A stretch of DNA of 64,000 nucleotides from Fimbriosthenelais zetlandica (taxonomy: Eukaryota), in assembly GCA_977030845.1 (NCBI GenBank), contig OZ365109.1, positions 42,036,001-42,100,000 of the forward strand. The letters are read 5' to 3'. Under the pieces are notes generated by a model, which did no database searches, was not told the origin of the DNA, and saw only the letters and a list, made by a program, of their open reading frames with translations. The position numbers and the translations under genes are program-made. Shown in pieces: positions 11,399 to 22,151 of this stretch (position 1 is its first letter; each line of letters starts with the position of its first letter).

Positions 11399-11471
11399 CT
11401 GGGACCTGTTTCATATGGAATATTAGCAACGATAAGTCTATTGCTAATATGCGCTTTGAAACAGGCTCCAG
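11399..11471. mobile_element. About 70 bp palindromic mini-element (hairpin), copy 1
   Basis: cctgtttca..atattagcaa-loop-ttgctaatat..tgaaacagg. A related copy is at 19965-20022. Confidence 0.6.
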
Positions 11472-12390
11472 GATACTTTATATGCAGATCGAGACTCATC
11501 TAAAATCTGTTTTGTGTAATGTGACACTCTAGTGTGACAGACCAATAAATTAATTTATAATATGTTTATCTATATATGTATGTTATACTCCAACATATAC
11601 CTCTTGGGTCGAACCAGTCCTGGAACACTATTAGATACTATTACTTAGGTCTATTATCTTTATTATTTATATTGAAAACTAAAACAAACGAAGAAGGGAG
11701 ATGTGTTTATGGAAAAGAATAGTCAATACAAACATGAGTAGTATTTATAAACGTGATTGATAAGAGTATCGATATTTTTCTATCTATAAGTTTAACACCT
11801 TCAAGATATGCAACAATGTATTAGATTCAAGTGGTAGATATATACTTTTTATACAGGGACAATTAAGTATATATTCACATCTATTATGCGAATATTCTCT
11901 CTCCATCTCTGTCTCCCCCCCCCCCTCTCTCTCTCATTGAAGGAAAGGGACAAAGTTTTTTAATGTCTGTCTCTGTCTCTCTCCCCGCTTTTCTATCACT
12001 GCGGAAATGTTTAAGCTTTAATAGGTTAGTTAAACTTCGATAAAATAGGTCCTACGACACCTGTAGATTGCCAAGTAAATATTATGCATGAATACTGCAT
12101 TATGTATAGATTACATTACCAACTCTATAGTTTTCACATGGTATGTAATTTGTCTGTCTCGTTTTTACAGTTTTTAATGTAATATTTTGTATTATCTAGT
12201 AATTAATAAACTAATACCTCCGAAATGACGTAAATGTTATCCCAAATGTGTCAGCATTTCAAGAAGAACATATATGCAAATATGTAAAATATAAAATGGG
12301 GAATAAATTTAAATGCCTTTCGGCAACGGTATACCTTTTGCTGGTTAAATCCAAATCCCTTGTGCTAAGTTCACCTTTGGTGTATGTTGT

Positions 12391-12614
12391 GAATGCCTCT
12401 GTTGGTTCTTAAGTTTTCCTTTTTGACAGGTTTATATACCCTAACTTCTACCTGCTCAGCTGCCTTAATGCCTATAGATAACAGCATAAGTGACAAACTG
12501 AATGCCTCTGTTGGTTTTGTAGTATAGGTTTCTCTTTTTGACAGGTTTATATACCCTAACTCCTCCCTGCTCAGCTGCCTTAATGCCTATAGATAACAGT
12601 ATAAGCGACAAACT
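12391..12614. repeat. Tandem duplication, 109 bp + 115 bp
   Basis: Both copies run from gaatgcctctgttggtt to gacaaact with high identity. Confidence 0.9.
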
Positions 12615-13642
12615 GTTAAATACTACAGGGTCCTTTTATCTATATATGATGATATATAGGATCACCATTTAATAGTTTGACTGATAAGGTTTGGCAATAT
12701 GATAAGGGCATGGATGTGTATCTTCGAGAATGATCCTGGATATTGGTCCAAATACTGGGGAACACTTCAATGAAATGGGGGAGCGAGCATTGTTTTGCTT
12801 TTATAACTAACATCCATACATGTGGTTGGAAAAGCCCGGATTTAATATGGATCAGGAAAGATGGAGGGAGGGTGGAGGGAGTGGGGTTTCTGTTCGTTCA
12901 GGAATCTGGAAACAGCAATAGGTCTGCATTGTAATTTTCATCCTTTTTTACCACATCCTCCCAAATATCCTCTCTATGTTTACACAGGAGGTGAAAGATA
13001 CAATATATGGTGTGTATAATCAAATGAACGGTGTGTATAAATCAAATGAACGGCATTCCGTCAAAGCAGCAAAACTGTTTTCATTAATTAGGCCTACACT
13101 TACATTAGTCAAATTAATTTACTCTATTTATTGCAGAATTTCTTCTAAAATTAAGATCATTCTCCACTTAAAATGGTATAATGTTGATCAATGCAATAGG
13201 GAGATGACACGTGACACTGTGAACACATGTAGCCTATATGGGATAGCCGATAGGTCTACCACATATGTGTATGTTTGTTTTCATATTCTGCCCTAAATCT
13301 GATGTCTCGGAGGAATTAAGACTAGGCCTACTTTTTTTCTCACTTGAACTTATGTGTAGTTCGCTGATCTTGATGAAAAATACATGTGAAGAAATCATGA
13401 ATCCATCATATATGATATTTCTGGGGCAGTATGCGCGATAGGACAAACATTACCGAGTGTAAAAGCTGGATGGCCTAGATGTCTGACATAAACCCTCTGA
13501 CTATACATTCAGCATTGAATCTATTGTAAGTTTCAATATCTATCACAATACCAGATCCGTATAAAGCGAACTTTATTAGGGCTGCATATAAAAACTTGAT
13601 GTAGGCCTAGGTGCAATGACCCTTTGTAAAGGTAACCATTTA

Positions 13643-13973
13643 CACCCTGCTTACTGCGATTATGGTACCACGTGGTACCATAATCAAAGATGGCGGAAAG
13701 TGGTTCTCGATTCAGTTACCTATTACTATTAGGCCTATATCAAAGCGTGCAGCATCCTACACTCTTTGGTTATATTTTCGAGGATTAGCCTACTGCTACT
13801 TAGGCCTATAGGCAATATTGTTCAATGATTATTATGATTAATTTCAATAGATTTTATCTTATTTGCGCGGGACGTTATGCCACTTGATCATTGACCATAA
13901 CTGAATCGAGAGCCACCTTCCGCCATCTTTCATTATGGTACCGCGTCGTACCATAATCGCAGTAAGCAGGGTG
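13643..13973. mobile_element. MITE, about 330 bp, with about 78 bp terminal inverted repeats
   Basis: Left caccctgcttactgcgattatggtacc...tctcgattcagtta matches the reverse complement of the right end at about 90%. No clean target-site duplication is visible. Confidence 0.85.
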
Positions 13974-13981
13974 ATGTAGTG

Positions 13982-16900
13982 ATCTAAAACCTGACACAGC
14001 GTGCTAGTTCCTGCTTTGGCCGTTGGTGGCAGCAGCGAAAGGCGCAGCCCAGCGCACTTGGGTCAACATATGTGACGGCATGTTCCCCACTCACACCTTT
14101 TGCACCCCATACGTACCGCACGCCCCCGTACCACGCGGACCATACCCAAGAATTGTTGATATTTTCAGTGTGAAAGCTATTTTGCAAGAGGATAGAAAAA
14201 TAGCCACTCCCGCACGTACCGCACGTCCATTTAACTTTGTATTATAAAACCTCACTGTCCGTACCGTCCTTCATATTAAAAGGAATTGTGTATTTTAGAT
14301 TCCCATCCATACCGTCCGCTCTAACATGAAAATTTCTGGCTGACATGCAGGTACAGCACGTACCGCACGTCTAAATGTGTGCAGGTGCATAGATAGAGGT
14401 GTATGGTGTAGAGTGACCATCGCCTCATAATAGACATGGACCGCACGTACCGTACATCAGTTCATCTATCTATATACTGTCTCGATGTCTCTAAGCGAAA
14501 CGTTTTTAATCATATTTATAAATTAACTAGAGGTGTCATAATAATATAGGCTTAGGCCTATATGTAGGCCTATTTCTCTCGCATAATAACAAACATTTTT
14601 TTCCATTAGAATATTGGCACAATGGTTACCGGTATGTGTAAGCCTAACGTTACTGCAAATATTCCAGCATGAACCATCCCTGAAGTCGGCATAAGCCTCC
14701 CATTCCTAGCAATAACACCTATAGATAGATTTTGACTTGGCTAATTAGAGCGAGAACATTACCTTCGGAAATCCCGTGGTAGGCCTAGATTATGTGTAGC
14801 ACAAGAAACGACCCCGTTGTCACAAACTTAAAAGTTTCAGATTGGGACCTCTTTCATTTCTCTAAGTAGAGCTCTATCTGTGTTCAAGCATATTATATTT
14901 ATTAAATTCATAGATTCAATTCACAATCTACCCATGTGGAAAGTTAGATGGTTATTATAATTTAAATACTAAATTCATTTAAAATATTCTTATTAGAATG
15001 CTCCCACCCCAAACAAATTCCGGTCGGCAGTTAACAAATAAAGGATTTCCTTCTCATAACAAGTGTCACATGGACACCGACAATTTCTTTGATGATGTAA
15101 GGGCGCGACATTTGAGATTTGACGGGCGAAAAGCTTCAGTACAGCGCGAACTTCCAACGGGTCAACACCTCATCAACCACAGCATGCATAGATGAGTGGA
15201 CGCTTAGCATGGATGGAATTTAAACTTACAACTTTAAATGAATTTTAAACTTTCAACTTCATCCACCCAATCCCGAAAAAAAAATGTGGATCTGTTTGGG
15301 AAGAGTCCACTCATGAGCGAAAGTACATGTGGGCCCGAGTCATGCATGGATTTCACCCTCCGTCCCCACATGGAGTAAGCGCCGACGGTCATCCCACTGC
15401 CATGCATCTGGACATGCACGCACTCATTTTTGAAGGACAATATGGAATTCTCGGGAAAACGTATCATGGCAAGAATGGTGCGGTGACACTATACATATGT
15501 GCCAGCGGAGGAAATAGAGAAAGATATTCGGACATCGACTGGGAATTCTTGGCGATTTGTCCAATTCATAAAAGAGCAAGCTTATATGCTCCTCCCTACA
15601 AGCTATAGTATGACGCTCGATCCAATAAATGATGTTATAAAGTACAATGTATTGATGATATCATGTAACATTTGAATTTTACAGTTTAAGGTAACCAGGG
15701 GACTCATCATTCAAATTAAAAACATGTATATCCCTTCTTAGGCACAGATATGTTATACACGGGATATATATTCTCAAATAGTATCTGAATACATGTATGT
15801 TCTAATTTTGCAGATGTATTGCGTATGATTAGGCAAATATTATATAATTATCATGATTTTCCCATGTGAAATAAACTACACTACGACTCCTGGTTTCTGT
15901 TTTTATGGGACAAAATGGCTCAATCTTGAGACATTTTGAAGTTGGGTATCGATGTCTCCATAATTATAATTTCCAGATCTATAGATGTCTATAATTTCAC
16001 CATAGTGTCGCCATTATGTTTATGCAACGATTATCTATGTTTGCATTACCCACTTCTATGTGCACCTTCACAAACATGCCATGCAAGGGGGTAATCCCAA
16101 CACCTGGCTCTGAGGGATTAAGGCTAGCTTTATTTTTCAGAATTATCCTTTGATTGGGTAGCAGTTATGCGGGCGCTGTCACAAATCTCTGTATAAATTA
16201 TATATTAATTATAAATCTTTTGTATTTCTTTTGTTTCATGTACCCAATGTTGTTGCTCGACTGTTCTCCTATCCGCTCTCGCCCATCCCTACACAATCTT
16301 CCCATCAGCCAATATAATTTATATTGAGTTCATCTGCTTGATATTCTATCCTAAACACATGCAGGTTTGTTAATAATAATAGAACTTCTGGGATAAAACC
16401 ACTGCATAATGATTTTCTAAACTTAAGCTTCAGTTCCTCTGCCCATGCAACAATATTAATTAGGTAATCACAATTAACAGGTTTAAAGCCTGTGCACTTC
16501 ACATTTACCAAATAAATCTATATTATTTTTGACCATTTTTAATTGTTAGATCAGAAAGAAAGTATTTTAATAATTAACAGTTTAATGAAAAGTGAATAAA
16601 GGCAAGAAATATACTTTAGCTACAGTCATATTTCAAATGAAGCCAGAGTTGCACCCTCCGATCCGACAACATGAGACAACGCGTCGCCCTTAAAGACAAT
16701 AGGCTAGTCTGGACACTTGTGGGGGTGGGTAGATGGTGATGACAGGTGTTCCTATACTTGATTAGGGTATACAAGGGAGGCGGTCCTTCCAAGTAGAGGT
16801 GTACGCTACGTTACACTTGGCTCGAACATGTTTAACCATAAATTTAGGTTTTAAATAAGCTGTGACTTTTAACAATTACCCCGCGGAATTCCTATTTCAA

Positions 16901-18155
16901 GGCGTTTAATTTATCTCGTTATCCCGAATTCCCTGTCTAACAGAATACCTAGGATACCCCTTTCCAACAATATATAGTTCATGAAATATACACCTGGTTA
17001 TATTTTAGAAGAAAGCTAACCCATAATCATTACCATCTTCAACATTTCAACATTAAAGGCTGCCCGCACTAGCGCCACCTATAGTCACGACGGTGACGTG
17101 ACTTTCCGACCAATTTCATTACTCCACTAAACATCTATAGGGGCTACTTTCACTTGAATTAAAAAGTACACACCAAATATGATATTTCTTTCTTCAATAT
17201 CTGGGATTTTTGTATTTTTATCTTTGCCTTCGTATATTGAATACCATTAGGTCTATTCAAATAAGCAACCGCGCATCCACCCTAGTCTCGATCCCCTCCC
17301 CACTCAGGAAATCCTGCAGGGGTACACCTGTCTCTGATATCCTCATGGTCTCTATTAAGAGTAACTATTCTCTGTGATTTAAATTACATAAGTGTGAGAG
17401 TTATGGACTCATAATGCGTTTTGATTGTAGGCCTACATGTAAAAATAATATAGGCCTAGCTATAATGATTTTTCTCATCTTGAAAATCTCTGTAAAACCA
17501 TATGGTTGTAGGCCCACATGTACATGTAGGCCTATCAAGTAAGTTTTTAAAATTAAGTCTATCCTTAATTATAATATTATTGATAAAGCGCGTGTTTTAG
17601 CGCTTAAGAGAATCTATAATTATGCCACTTGGAAAGCATGGGAAAGTTGGGGTGAATGGGTAAGCGAGGTGGGGTGGGATGGGATGGGTATTAGGCCTAT
17701 TGGGGCGGGATTGTTGGTAGTCGGCCTCAATATCTGACGTGCGGTACGCACCGTCCTGCATGCTGAGTGATTACTCAGTAGAAATGGACGTGCGGTACGG
17801 GTGGTACACACGGAAATTGATATTAATAAAATACCACTTGCAAACTATAAACCACCAATTGCAAACTGGAGACAAATTAACTTTTTGATGTGCGGTACTG
17901 CAAAAAAAGTATCTGGGCAATAAATGTGAGTAAAGTTGACCACATTCCATATACCGTATCGGGTGGGGAAAAAATGTTGTGGACATTTTTCTAGACGTAC
18001 CGCACGGCCGCGGACCGCACGCCAACGTGCGGTACTCTACTGGGGTGCCTACTTTTTGGAGTGCCCCTGCAACCTCCGTCACATATGTTGACACATCTCG
18101 CCCAGCGGGACGATAAAATCCCTGTCGGATGAGGGTGGGGATGTCGGGGTTAGAT
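13982..18155. mobile_element. Candidate non-autonomous or decayed DNA transposon, about 4.2 kb, with long diverged inverted ends and subterminal CGTACCGCACGT repeats
   Basis: Exact 17 bp inverted match at 14062-14078 / 18076-18092. GCACCCCA..GTACCGCACG is inverted at 14102 / 18048. Collinear inverted motif blocks at 14211 / 17805 and 14345 / 17763. Outer boundaries are approximate. Confidence 0.65.
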
Positions 18156-19010
18156 TCCCTTGTCATACTTAGATTCCCTTTACTGTAAAAATCCTCTAGA
18201 AATTAGAATGCAGGAAAGATGGGCCGGCGGAGGGTAGGCCTGTCGTATACGGATATATAGATAGAAATTATATCTAGCCTATTCCGTAGGTTTGGCATGA
18301 AAGACTGTAATTAAGTTGGTGCACAAATGACTGGTGCAATTAAAATCGCTGAGGTAACGGTAAAATAGGATAATGGGAGCCAAGATAAGGAAACCAACGT
18401 GAAAGGCTTACATACAGTTGGAGACAGCTACTGCCAGCTTGAAGACGCGGCGGGTGGAGAAACTATCGTGGAAGGATGGGAATAGGCCTAATGTCGGACT
18501 TAGAAACGTTCTAAGAGCTCCGTGATAAGTGGTATTTAGACCCTGATAAAATATGACAATTATGATTTCTAACTTAAAGGGATGGGCATATGTGGGACTA
18601 GGAGATGTTCTATGATTTTAATAAACCTTGGTAAAATATGACAATTATGTATGACTTTAAATTTTTATTTGGTCAATACATTCAGTCAGTACAATCAGTA
18701 CAGAAGAGGGATTGGTTCAATGTGTTATATTACCTCACATTTTAAATATAACGTACAACCTACGCGAATTATTATTGCACTAAATAAGCCAAAATTTATA
18801 GGCCTAACGTGAAAAATCTAAGGCCAAGAATTATACATTTTCTGGTGGTCAACGTGAAATTCCCAAAAATTGTTAAGTTATTATATTCTGAATGAAATAA
18901 CCTATAATAACCATTAACTAATCAATTTCGTTTACTAATGTGTATTGATCATCACATTAAATCCTGACACACCTATCTAAACCCTGCACGATAGGAACTT
19001 GGAACACATC

Positions 19011-19139
19011 TTACATCGTATAATGGCAACGGTTGCAATAGCGTTGTCGCATAAGGAGGCAGCAGAGTAATCCGAGAGGGAAGAAAAATATCGCCAGGAA
19101 AATACCACAGCAAGTGAAATCTTCAACAATAACTCCACT
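19011..19139 (-). CDS. BRI3: Brain protein I3 / membrane protein BRI3, coding exon 2
   Basis: SGVIVEDFTCCGIFLAIFFFPLGLLCCLLMRQRYCNRCHYTM* is the BRI3 domain (EDFT.CG..LAI.FFPLG..CC...R.R.C..C). TTTTCAG acceptor, phase 0. Not in the supplied ORF track. Confidence 0.93.
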   Translation of the reverse strand, partial: SGVIVEDFTCCGIFLAIFFFPLGLLCCLLMRQRYCNRCHYTM

Positions 19140-19495
19140 CTGAAAATAAGAAGAAATGTTTGAAAATTTGTTTTTTCAAGGGGTGATTAGCACATAGGTA
19201 ATCCTAAAGAAGAAAGACATTTTGTCGACCGTTCAGGTACAAACCCACCACGTTAAAAGCCCAATAAGAAGAAATGTGTTTGTTAGAAAATGTTAATTAT
19301 TAGCCTAATACAGGATATAAGAGGGGAGAGGGTGACCCATCGGTCAGGGAGTCCCCCCCCCCCCCAACCACCTTCGTACCTTTCGCTCGAATAGTGGTGT
19401 TGTGACCACAAAGACTGGAAACCCCCATACCCCCACCACTTTTCAAAAATCCTGGATCCGCCTCTGAAATCTGAAATGTCCAACATTTTGCTCAC

Positions 19496-19783
19496 CAAAC
19501 ATCTGGGGCAGTTACCCCCTCTGAGGACGACCACGTTCTGCTGGGTTTGTGGCACAATGACGGTGGTTGGAGTGTTATTAGGAGGAGGTCCCACTGGAGA
19601 TGAGTAGGTGGTGGCATAAGCCGAAGAGTACTGTGCTTTACTGGCACCAACTGGTGCATACGGCTGAGGATAGGGGGCGGCACCGCCGGCCACAAAACCA
19701 GGAGGCGGTGGCTGCGGAGCAGCTCCGTAGGCACCAGGATTGACCGCATTATATGCAGGAGGAGCTTCGTTGTTTGTTGCCAT
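19496..19783 (-). CDS. BRI3: BRI3, coding exon 1 (Pro-rich N-terminus with PPAY, ends in the first CxxC); full protein 138 aa
   Basis: MATNNEAPPAY...VVVLRGGNCPRCL. Donor TTG|GTGAGC at 19494-19495 is phase 0. A 5' UTR acceptor lies at 19824-19825. Confidence 0.92.
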
Positions 19784-19964
19784 GGTCACTGTCTCGATTT
19801 ATTCTGGTTTTCTGACTAGTTGACTGAAAATATATTGAAACGGTTCAGACATAATGACTGATATTAAATACTGGTCAATAATTAGGCCTATATGCTACTA
19901 GACATGTCTGAAGCTTTCACGATTTAGACCTACACTACTGTATATCCACTTTACAGTATAAAGA

Positions 19965-20022
19965 GGGTTCAAAAGGAATATTAGCATATTAAGTTTATGG
20001 CTAATATGTGTTTTGAAACGGA
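19965..20022. mobile_element. Palindromic mini-element, copy 2 (more degraded)
   Basis: ttcaaaaggaatattagca-loop-ggctaatatgtgttttgaaac, same architecture as 11399-11471. Confidence 0.5.
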
Positions 20023-20869
20023 TGTCTAGAATGTCTAGATATAAGCTAGTATATGACGATATAAAATTTTAAATTGTCACGCATGGAACCTTCATTTTTT
20101 TTCTTAATCTCTATTATAATTATTAAATTAATAAATCCGGAAATTAAGATCCCCCTTAAATGGAGAGAACAAATTTTGTAGTAGGCCTAATGCCTATAAT
20201 TATAGTAACACACATCCTGCAGGAAGTCAAAGGCTTATAGAAGTATACAAGTGCCATTTATGAGTGTTATTCTGAACAGAGTTATGGTATAATACACACA
20301 CTGGTATGCATCAGCAACTTATATATATATATATATATAGCATGGGTTCGCGACTACTTGTAGGCTTATAATGATAATTGAATACAAACGTAGTTTGGAG
20401 TTGCATGGCTTTATGATATACCACAAATAGAAAATATAAATAACCATTATGATGCGACGTGTTAGTTTGTAATGACATTGTATACTTGAATATATTTAAC
20501 AAAGTATTTCCTTCCGATTCCCAGCAGAGGAGATGTCAATTATAATGTTTGAAATATAAGGTAAATTTCAAATTAACCATTTCCTTTATTTTATATGCCA
20601 GAGTCTAAACATAATTATTAATGCGTAGTATGGTGCTATAATAATAAAGTCAATATTGTGTCGATGGGCCTCCCTGATAATAATTCTTGTTGAGTCAGGT
20701 CAACGTGTATAATACTTTCTTGTTGGTCATGTCTACTATGAGATTTAGCTTTTCTTTATAAGTAGACATTTTTGTCATTTTACTCATATAATAGTCTCGG
20801 AATAACAAACGTAACCGGTCCATAAAAGCAGTCTAGATTGGGTAGCTATATTTATAATATTAAACTTAC

Positions 20870-20990
20870 CTCTGTTTTGTTTGGAGCTTGATCCGTTTAG
20901 ACGGCTTCTCAATTTGTTAAAGGAAGTATTGCAGTCATGCGTCATCTTATCGCGTCAAAGATAGTCACGGGCCAAAGTCCAGTGCATACC
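20870..20990 (-). promoter_or_regulatory. BRI3: Probable non-coding first exon of BRI3
   Basis: Minus-strand donor AG|GTAAGT at 20868-20869, preceded by CpG-containing sequence. It pairs with the acceptor at 19824-19825. The 5' boundary is approximate. Confidence 0.55.
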
Positions 20991-21756
20991 TACGGCCTGT
21001 GGGTAGGGCTTCCAATCATGATCCTTGCAATATTTAATCTTAATTAGCGCCACTAACACCCTTCCGACAGATAAGAAAAATAGATCTATTAGAAAGTTAA
21101 AAGGGCAGAATAGTTAAAGGATAATAGCTGATCTCTATATGGGTTGCCACGGGGCACCACAACCACCCCCCCCCCCCCCCCCACCTCAAAAATTGTGTAT
21201 CAGCTAAATTTAACAATTGGACCAGAAGGTGGCCACTCCCGCGAGATAAGGGATCGACCTCCGTCTAGGATCAATTGCTAAACTGATAAAACTTTATAGA
21301 ACTTTGCTAATAAGTGCGATATAAATGTATAAATGTACAATAGGCTATATATGATTTAATATGTATGATATTCCACTTTATTAGCAATAAATGAATAACA
21401 TAATATTTTAAAATAAAAAGCACTTATAAAACATGAATTGTTTAATAAACCACTCGGATAGTGCCAATGAAGCCGGCCGTCAATTTATAAATTATCCAAG
21501 TTGCGCACCGTTTTATTCAAGCAGCTGCCATGTTTTCGATTTTAAACATTATAGGTTCATTGGTAAACTGGAAAATATGACAGATCATTGCGATAACGAC
21601 ACGCGTCCCACACGCAGCTCACACCAGGTGTGAAGGCCTGCACCTCGAGGACATCTAGCGGATGTAACTAGAACGAGGCACATTTATGCAAATAACGAGA
21701 GAGGCTCGGCCATATGTGTGCGGGCCGGGAACGAGCATAGGAAAAACCTAGTCAAA
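20990..21756. promoter_or_regulatory. Divergent (head-to-head) promoter region between BRI3 and PKC
   Basis: The inferred BRI3 first exon and the PKC ATG are under 0.9 kb apart and point away from each other. CpG-rich flanks; CTCF-like 12-mers at 21222 (+) and 21650 (-). Confidence 0.55.
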
Positions 21757-21935
21757 ATGGCTGACCTGGAGGATTCGAAGGCAGGGTCTGGGAAAGAAAG
21801 ATCTCCTGCGCCTCAGGGAATGCACCGGCGTGGGGCATTACGGCAGAAAAATGTCTTCGAAGTCAAGAACCACAAATTTGTCGCCCGATTCTTTAAGCAA
21901 CCTACATTCTGCAGCCATTGTAAGGACTTTATTTG
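21757..21935 (+). CDS. PRKCA: Conventional protein kinase C (alpha/beta/gamma class), exon 1: pseudosubstrate and start of C1A
   Basis: [37 protein letters not shown]; donor TG|GTGAGT, phase 2. The symbol denotes the cPKC group, not a 1:1 orthologue. Confidence 0.95.
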
Positions 21936-22119
21936 GTGAGTATGGCTGTAGTAGTAGGAGGGCATCACTGACTATGTGTTTCTATGTTGCTGTGATTCAG
22001 AATACTGTACTCTGAGGAATACTGCTCATGTTTTGATCGAGGACTATTTCTCTCTTTTCCCTCAGTCCCTTTTATCTCCTTTGATAACCTAACCATTCTT
22101 TGATATTATTCATTTACAG

Positions 22120-22151
22120 GGGCTTCGGGAAGCAGGGATTCCAATGCAAAG
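22120..22151 (+). CDS. PRKCA: cPKC exon 2 (32 nt micro-exon, GFGKQGFQCK)
   Basis: TTACAG|G...AAAG|GTATGT, phase 2 in and phase 1 out; C1A consensus. Confidence 0.95.

Noticed and set aside
15160-15195. NHSMHR as a tyrosine-recombinase (Crypton) HxxR motif
   Set aside because: No downstream GH or catalytic Tyr region, and stops follow immediately.
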